DNA of 61,016 nucleotides from Myxococcales bacterium (GTDB taxonomy: Bacteria; Myxococcota_A; Polyangia; Polyangiales; JAFGIB01), in NCBI GenBank assembly GCA_028817905.1, contig JAPPOR010000087.1, forward strand, positions 1-61,016, written 5' to 3'. Position 1 is the stretch's first letter, and the number at the start of each line of letters is the position of its first letter. The notes under the pieces were generated by a model that was not told the origin of the DNA, made no database searches, and saw only the letters and a program-made list of their open reading frames with translations. Shown here in pieces: positions 55,606 to 61,016 of this stretch. The position numbers were made by a program, and so were the translations under genes.

Positions 55606-56682
55606 TCATGGCCCCTCCGGGACAAACGGTAGCCCCTTGCGAAGCAAGATCCTCCGGCGGTTGTCCAGATCGACCCAGGGCGGGCGACCGGACGGCGGCG
55701 GTGCGGCACTCATCCAAGTACCGAGTGCAAAGGCCTGGCTGTTCGGGTCAAGCACCTCTCGGCCCCCCAGCAGGTGGCCGAGACTGCGGAGAATACCACG
55801 GGTATGGGCGCCGCCAGGCCCAGCACCGGACCGCGCGCCCGGCTGGGAACTCGGTGGCGCGTGAGGTGCTAGGCCCACCAACCCATAGGCGCCGTTGAGC
55901 GTCGCCGAAGGAGCGGGAGCACCGAGCCCATAGCCGTCCGCAGACAGGGGCTGTCCAAGTAGCCCGAGGAGCACGTCCGCACCCTCGCGCGGGTGCCCGC
56001 ACAGGTCTCGGTAGGCCTCGGCCTGCGAGTGGGCCATGCGCGGGCCCGACCACAACACCGCCCCGGTCAGGGAAAGCTGGATCCCAAAGTGGGCCTGATA
56101 CGCTTCGGAGGCCGCCGCGAGCGACCGTTGCACGCGCAGGAGCCAGTCCGCGTGGTGCGCAGCCCAGCGGTCATCCACCAACAGCTTCACACGCACCTGA
56201 ACCGGTACCGACAGGCGATCGGCGGATAGGTCCGAGGCGGCTGTCCCAACAGCGTCGGCCGACCGGGGCGACGGAGACGGGGCGGACGGTGTCCCCTTGT
56301 GCGCAGCTACGCCCGGCAACGCATTGGGCTGCGGCTGAGAACCCGCCGGCGCCTCCGTACCATCACTGGAACGCGACCCGACCTCGGCAGCTGACAACTG
56401 CGGCCGGCCAAAGGTGGAAGGAAACCCGCCCGCTGCCCCTTGGTCGGACACTGGCTTGACTCCGGCGGGACGCTTCGCCTCCCGTGCGTGGGGTGCCGGT
56501 GCCTCCGATTCACCGTCTGGCGGCGCCCCAACCCCGAGGAAGCGCCAAGAGAAATGCCGCACAGTCCCGCGATGCACGCTGCCCAGGTGGATGCCCCAGG
56601 CGACCAGAAACAGCGCGACGAACACCGGCCCCGTAAACCAAAGCACGACCCGTGCGGTCGCGAATCTGCGCCTAGCCTCCAT
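55606..56682 (-). CDS. hypothetical membrane-anchored protein (Pro/Ala-rich linker, C-terminal globular domain)
   Basis: ATG at 56682, one TM segment, about 120 aa of low complexity, then a conserved-looking 200-aa domain. No family recognised with confidence. Confidence 0.6.
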   Translation of the reverse strand: MEARRRFATARVVLWFTGPVFVALFLVAWGIHLGSVHRGTVRHFSWRFLGVGAPPDGESEAPAPHAREAKRPAGVKPVSDQGAAGGFPSTFGRPQLSAAEVGSRSSDGTEAPAGSQPQPNALPGVAAHKGTPSAPSPSPRSADAVGTAASDLSADRLSVPVQVRVKLLVDDRWAAHHADWLLRVQRSLAAASEAYQAHFGIQLSLTGAVLWSGPRMAHSQAEAYRDLCGHPREGADVLLGLLGQPLSADGYGLGAPAPSATLNGAYGLVGLAPHAPPSSQPGARSGAGPGGAHTRGILRSLGHLLGGREVLDPNSQAFALGTWMSAAPPPSGRPPWVDLDNRRRILLRKGLPFVPEGP

Positions 56683-56754
56683 ACTCCGCTCGACCCTATC
56701 CTAGATTTTGCGTCGGATGGCCTCCGACCCCCACGCAGCGCCCCACGGCGCCCA

Positions 56755-56780
56755 AGCCCGGATCATTCATGAACTCGAAC
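56755..56780 (-). mobile_element. MITE-like element end fragment H
   Basis: AAGCCCGGATCATTCATGAACTCGAAC matches the family terminal repeat (CACGAAC-type continuation). No partner end is present. Confidence 0.5.
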
Positions 56781-56804
56781 CTGCTCGAATCCTCTCAGAG
56801 CTGC

Positions 56805-57503
56805 TCAAAAAGGCAGGTCCAGCGCGCCACATAGGAACTTCATGTAGCCCTTGGCGGCGCGAAAGTGCGTGTCGACGTCGTCGACGAAGTTCGAGCCAAA
56901 CAACCTGGAAAGCGGGAGCGAGGCCACCGCGATGTGGTCCTTGCGCTTGAGATCCTCGATCAGGGGGTGGTCGGCGGCGTATCCCTTGGGAGGCCGTTTG
57001 AGGCTGTCACCACGCAGCTCGAAATGCCGGCGAAACGCCCCATCGTCACGCACCCGCTTCCAGACCTTGGGCTCCTCGGAGATCCGCGTACGCACAGCCG
57101 ATAGTGCGCCCGCCTCCGGGTGCCACATCCCGACTGCGATAAACAGCTCACCCGGATCAAAGTGAACATACAGGCCGGGGGCGTGCACGTCCTTGCCAGC
57201 CTCATGGCGAAACTGCACGCCGACGTTGGTCTTGTAAGGCGTCTTGTCAGTCGCAAAGCGCGTATCGCGCTGCGGCCGCATCATCGACCCACCCACCTTC
57301 CGGTCGCTCGCCACCACCTGCCGGGACAGCTTCCGCAGGCGTGGCGCCATCGCCCGAATGAACGCCAGCGTCGGTTCGCGTACGACGCGCTCGTAGCGCC
57401 CCTGGTTGGCCTTGAACCACTCGCGGTCATTGTTCTCGGTCAGCTCCGCCAAAAATTTCACGCTGCTCCGGGAATAGTTCGTAAATGTCTCCGCATTGGC
57501 CAT
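56805..57503 (-). CDS. DUF2461 (TIGR02453) family protein
   Basis: FLAELTENNDREWFKANQGRYE...RDTRFATDKTPYKTNVGVQF...LYVHFDPGELFIAVGMWHP matches the family. ATG at 57503. The track ORF up to 57920 is an upstream extension. Confidence 0.85.
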   Translation of the reverse strand: MANAETFTNYSRSSVKFLAELTENNDREWFKANQGRYERVVREPTLAFIRAMAPRLRKLSRQVVASDRKVGGSMMRPQRDTRFATDKTPYKTNVGVQFRHEAGKDVHAPGLYVHFDPGELFIAVGMWHPEAGALSAVRTRISEEPKVWKRVRDDGAFRRHFELRGDSLKRPPKGYAADHPLIEDLKRKDHIAVASLPLSRLFGSNFVDDVDTHFRAAKGYMKFLCGALDLPF

Positions 57504-57702
57504 ACCCCTTGTCCTCCTGTCACGCGATGCGCGGGCGGCACAAGGGCGTGGGGTACCCAAACAGCAGCCAAGCGCCGAAAGATCGGTCGCAAACGGCCAA
57601 ACACCTGAAATCACTGCTCTCGTAGTCCTCACCGAAACGCGCCGGTCGGGCTGCCCAGCGTGGTAGGAAAAAGGAGCCAAGGACCGACGAAAGCGAGGAA
57701 GC

Positions 57703-58245
57703 ATGACCAACACCCGCAACGAGCCACGTCTACCCCCCCTTCCGGAGTCCGAGTGGGGCGACGACACAAGGGAAGTCATGGCGGGCTCAAGCCGCCTGAA
57801 TATCTTCACGACCCTTGCCAGACATCCAAAGCTGCTCAAGCGCTGGCGCGTATTCGGCGGGCACGTGATGCGCAAGAACACCCTCCCGGCGAGAGAACGG
57901 GAGCTCCTGATCCTGCGCACCGGCTTCCGGTGCAGAAGCGAGTATGAGTTTTACCAGCATACCGCCATCGGCCTGGAGGCGGGGCTATCGCAGGAAGAGG
58001 TCCAGCGCACGATGGCAGATGCCTCCGCATGGAGCGGGGACGACGCGTTGCTCGTCCGCGCCACGGACGAGCTCATCGACGACAAACGCATCGGGGAGGC
58101 GACCTGGCAGGCGCTGCGCGAACGCTTCGACGAACGTCAGCTCATCGACATCATCTTCACCGTTGGCCAGTACACACTGGTCTCGATGGCCCTCAACACG
58201 CTCGGTGTTCAAATCGAAGACGGAACCACGGGGATCTTTCCATGA
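57703..58245 (+). CDS. carboxymuconolactone decarboxylase (AhpD-like) family protein
   Basis: RERELLILRTGFRCRSEYEFYQHTAIGLEAGLSQEEV is typical of the CMD family. Confidence 0.8.
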   Translation: MTNTRNEPRLPPLPESEWGDDTREVMAGSSRLNIFTTLARHPKLLKRWRVFGGHVMRKNTLPARERELLILRTGFRCRSEYEFYQHTAIGLEAGLSQEEVQRTMADASAWSGDDALLVRATDELIDDKRIGEATWQALRERFDERQLIDIIFTVGQYTLVSMALNTLGVQIEDGTTGIFP

Positions 58246-59036
58246 GACTCCGTGACCGCGTAGCCATGGTGGTCGGCGGCGGACAGACCGCCGGTCAGAC
58301 CATCGGTAACGGCCGCGCCATGGCGACGCTGTTCGCGCGCGAGGGTGCCACGGTGGTGGTCGCGGACCGGGACCTGGCATCCGCCCGCGAAACAGTCGCG
58401 ATGATCGAAGCGGAACAGGGCCGCGCGGTGGTCCAGGAGCTCGACGTTCGGGACGATGGCATGTGCGCCGCCGCGGTCGAAGCATGCGTGGCACGCTCGG
58501 GACGCCTCGACGTGCTCGTCAACAACGTCGGCATCGGAACCGGCGATGGAAGCGTCACCCGCATCACCGACGAGGCCTGGGACCTGATCTACGAGGTCAA
58601 CGTCAAGGGCGCGCTGCACACCTGCCGGCATGCCCTTCCAGTCATGCGGCGGCAAGAATCGGGCGTTATCCTCAACATCTCCTCGATCGCCTCGATCTGT
58701 TCGGCCCCGATCTTGGCGTACAAGTCATCCAAGGCGGCCCTCAATGCCTTGACCCATACGCTTGCAACGAGCAATGCCAAGTACGGCATCCGCGCCAACG
58801 CCATCTTGCCGGGCCTGATGAATACACCGATGGCCATCGAGTCGATCTCCAAGGCCCGCGGAGTGTCCCGCGAAGAGCTGATCGCGACGCGCGACGCTCA
58901 GGTGCCCCTGCGCGGTGGGATGGGCAGTGCCTGGGACGTGGCCCACGCTGCCCTGTTCCTCGCCTCCGACGAGGCGCGCTTCATCACCGGCGTCCTGCTG
59001 CCGGTCGACGGTGGTCAGAGCGCACGCATCGGTTGA
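58242..59036 (+). CDS. SDR-family oxidoreductase
   Basis: Rossmann motif VVGGGQTAGQTIGNG, NNVGIG, and catalytic YKSSK. The ATGA overlaps the upstream stop. Confidence 0.9.
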   Translation: MRLRDRVAMVVGGGQTAGQTIGNGRAMATLFAREGATVVVADRDLASARETVAMIEAEQGRAVVQELDVRDDGMCAAAVEACVARSGRLDVLVNNVGIGTGDGSVTRITDEAWDLIYEVNVKGALHTCRHALPVMRRQESGVILNISSIASICSAPILAYKSSKAALNALTHTLATSNAKYGIRANAILPGLMNTPMAIESISKARGVSREELIATRDAQVPLRGGMGSAWDVAHAALFLASDEARFITGVLLPVDGGQSARIG

Positions 59037-59059
59037 GGGGCTCGTGAAGCGCGGCGCTT

Positions 59060-60970
59060 GTGTACTATCGTCGGCGGGTGCACGCCCTCGATCTGACCAT
59101 TGTCGTCGCCTTCGTGGTATACGCCGTGGGTTCCGGGCTGCGCTCGCGCAAGGCCGCGTCCACGAGCCTGTCCGAATACTTTCTCGCTGGACGCAGCCTC
59201 GGGGGTACGGCCGCCGGTCTGAGCATGGCGGCGACGCAATTCGCGGCCGATACACCACTCCTGGTCACCGGCTTGATCGCGACCACAGGGATCTTCGGTC
59301 TGTGGCGCCTGTGGATCTACGCATGCGCCTTCCTTCTGCTCGGATACGTGCTCGCACCCAGTTGGCGGCGCGCGGGGGTCTTGACCGACGCGGAGCTCAG
59401 CGAGACGCGCTACGCGGGGCCGGGCGCGGTCGTGTTGCGTGGGGTCAAGGCGGTCTACTTTGGTCTCGGTTTCAACTGCACCGTCCTGGCGATGGTGCTA
59501 TTCGCCGCGGCACGGATCGCCGAGCCCTTTCTTTGGTGGCACGCATGGTTGCCCGCTTCCCTATTCGAGCCGGTGCTCGCGGCGGTCAAGGCAGTCGGTG
59601 TCCCGCTCGGTAGCGGCACGGGCTCCACCTTGTGGCGCCATACGGCCGACAACGTACTGTCGCTTGGCGCCATCCTGCTGATAACGACGTTCTACTCCAC
59701 CACTGGAGGGCTGCGGTCAGTCGTACGCACCGACCTGCTCCAACTGGCCCTATCCCTCGGGGGGACGGCTGTGTACGCGTACTATGCGGTGATGGAAGTG
59801 GGAGGCCTTTCAGCGCTTAGCACGCGCCTGCAAGGTGCGCTCGCGAACCACCCGGACGGCCTGACGGTCGGCGAGCTGCTGGCCTTCACGCCAGGTGAAG
59901 CTCACGCCGTGGGCGGCTCGATGCTTGCGGTCCTGGCGCTTCAGTGGCTCATCCAGATCAACTCGGACGGGACCGGCTACCTGGCCCAGCGCTGCATGGC
60001 GTGCCGCAGCGATCGAGACGCCACGCGCGCCGCAGTTGTGTTCGCGTGGACACAAATCGTCCTGCGGAGCCTGCTGTGGTTACCCATTGGTCTCGCCATG
60101 CTGGTCCTGTTCGAACCTTCTTCCGGCGCAGGCTCCACCGACTTCGTCGCCAGCCGCGAAGGGACCTACGTGCGCGGCATGGTCGAGCTTCTGCCGGTGG
60201 GCGTGCGCGGACTGCTCCTTACCGCCATGCTCGCGGCCCTGGCTTCGACGCTGGACACGCACCTCAACTGGGGCGCATCGTACCTCACCAACGACCTCTA
60301 CGATCGCTTGTACTGCCGAGCCTTTCGCAGACGCGCGCCTTCCCCAGCGCGCCTGGTGACTGTTGCCCGTTTGGGCAACGGCCTGATCGTGCTCCTTGCG
60401 CTGCTGATCATGACGCAACTGTCATCGATCCAGGACGCGTGGAAGGTGAGCCTATTGCTCGGCTCGGGCATGGGTGTGATGTTGATCCTGCGCTGGCTCT
60501 GGTGGCGGATCACAGCGCTCGGAGAGCTCGCCTGTCTGCTCACGGCAAGCATAGCCTCGCCGCTCCTGCTGACGTGGATTTCAGACGAGCAGGAAGCCTT
60601 GCGGCTACTGATCCTTGCGCTTGTGGCCACCGCCGCCGGCATCGCCACCTCGCTCCTTCGGCCAGAACCGAAGCAAGCCGGCGCGATCGCCTTTTACCGG
60701 CGCGCACGCCCTCCTGGCTTCTGGGCCCCGATGGCTGCTGCCTCCGGAGAACCCAGCTCGGCTCCAACTCGCCGCTTGGCCAAGGCGCTGCAGAAGACCT
60801 TGCTGGCGACCCTGGCCCTGTTCTGTGCCCTTTTGGGGCTGGGCAGCCTGCTCGTCGAAGGAACCGTACCGGCCTGGTTCCCGGTCCCGTGGCTGTGGGA
60901 AGCCGCGCTGCTATCAGCATGCCTGGCCCTGACCTACCGGCAGCTCACCATCCGAGACAGCCCACCCTGA
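59060..60970 (+). CDS. sodium:solute symporter family transporter
   Basis: YFLAGRSLGGTAAGLSMAATQFAADTPLLVTG and about 13 TM segments. Start is GTG 59060 or GTG 59078. Confidence 0.85.
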   Translation: MYYRRRVHALDLTIVVAFVVYAVGSGLRSRKAASTSLSEYFLAGRSLGGTAAGLSMAATQFAADTPLLVTGLIATTGIFGLWRLWIYACAFLLLGYVLAPSWRRAGVLTDAELSETRYAGPGAVVLRGVKAVYFGLGFNCTVLAMVLFAAARIAEPFLWWHAWLPASLFEPVLAAVKAVGVPLGSGTGSTLWRHTADNVLSLGAILLITTFYSTTGGLRSVVRTDLLQLALSLGGTAVYAYYAVMEVGGLSALSTRLQGALANHPDGLTVGELLAFTPGEAHAVGGSMLAVLALQWLIQINSDGTGYLAQRCMACRSDRDATRAAVVFAWTQIVLRSLLWLPIGLAMLVLFEPSSGAGSTDFVASREGTYVRGMVELLPVGVRGLLLTAMLAALASTLDTHLNWGASYLTNDLYDRLYCRAFRRRAPSPARLVTVARLGNGLIVLLALLIMTQLSSIQDAWKVSLLLGSGMGVMLILRWLWWRITALGELACLLTASIASPLLLTWISDEQEALRLLILALVATAAGIATSLLRPEPKQAGAIAFYRRARPPGFWAPMAAASGEPSSAPTRRLAKALQKTLLATLALFCALLGLGSLLVEGTVPAWFPVPWLWEAALLSACLALTYRQLTIRDSPP

Positions 60971-61016
60971 GGATCATTCACGAACGCCGGGTATCGGCGC
61001 GGCCGTCCCTCCGCCC
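60971..61016 (-). mobile_element. MITE-like element end (copy G), cut by window edge
   Basis: GGATCATTCACGAACGCCGGG begins immediately after the transporter TGA. It has the same CACGAAC-type end as copy D. Confidence 0.55.

Overview
High-GC (about two-thirds GC by eye) Gram-negative chromosomal segment. Gene content and protein style (Ala/Pro-rich linkers, a eukaryote-like Ser/Thr kinase, DUF1844-ClpB, several Tol/Ton-type motors) fit a Myxococcota or deltaproteobacterial-type genome, but that taxonomic call is only an inference. I support 49 CDS, mostly housekeeping and envelope genes: ccmAB, folA, tamB plus an Omp85 gene, clpB, mpl, gyrB, tatBC, tolQRAB, gpx. There is also a polysaccharide locus (two clan GH-A hydrolases, a sulfotransferase, a Wzx-like flippase) and a TonB-dependent receptor followed by a TonB2-type six-gene energizer cluster (DUF3450, large MotA/ExbB protein, ExbB, ExbD, TonB, TPR lipoprotein). 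The rest are an MCP, a kinase, two adjacent N-methyltransferases and several hypothetical membrane proteins. I found no rRNA, tRNA, CRISPR array, transposase, integrase, reverse transcriptase or recognisable defence genes. The strongest unexplained signal is non-genic. It is a family of about 167-bp inverted-repeat elements that fold into one long hairpin (MITE-like). There are at least 11 copies or remnants in 61 kb, with TA/CTAG ends, compensatory stem substitutions, very conserved internal loops, and a tendency to sit exactly on stop codons. Secondary signals are: paired AATCGATT palindromes with identical 12-bp spacing over two promoters; a 19-bp AT-rich dyad in front of the TonB-dependent receptor; an orphan minus-strand intrinsic terminator in that receptor's 840-bp leader; the same 22-24 bp CACGTG-type palindrome on both sides of the MCP gene; a reused stop-plus-hairpin block at two gene ends; (AGCT)4 and CTAGCTAG tracts that look like excision footprints; and several in-frame 21-bp repeat arrays. 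All coordinates of small motifs were counted by hand and cross-checked against ORF-track stop and start positions. No database search or folding program was available.
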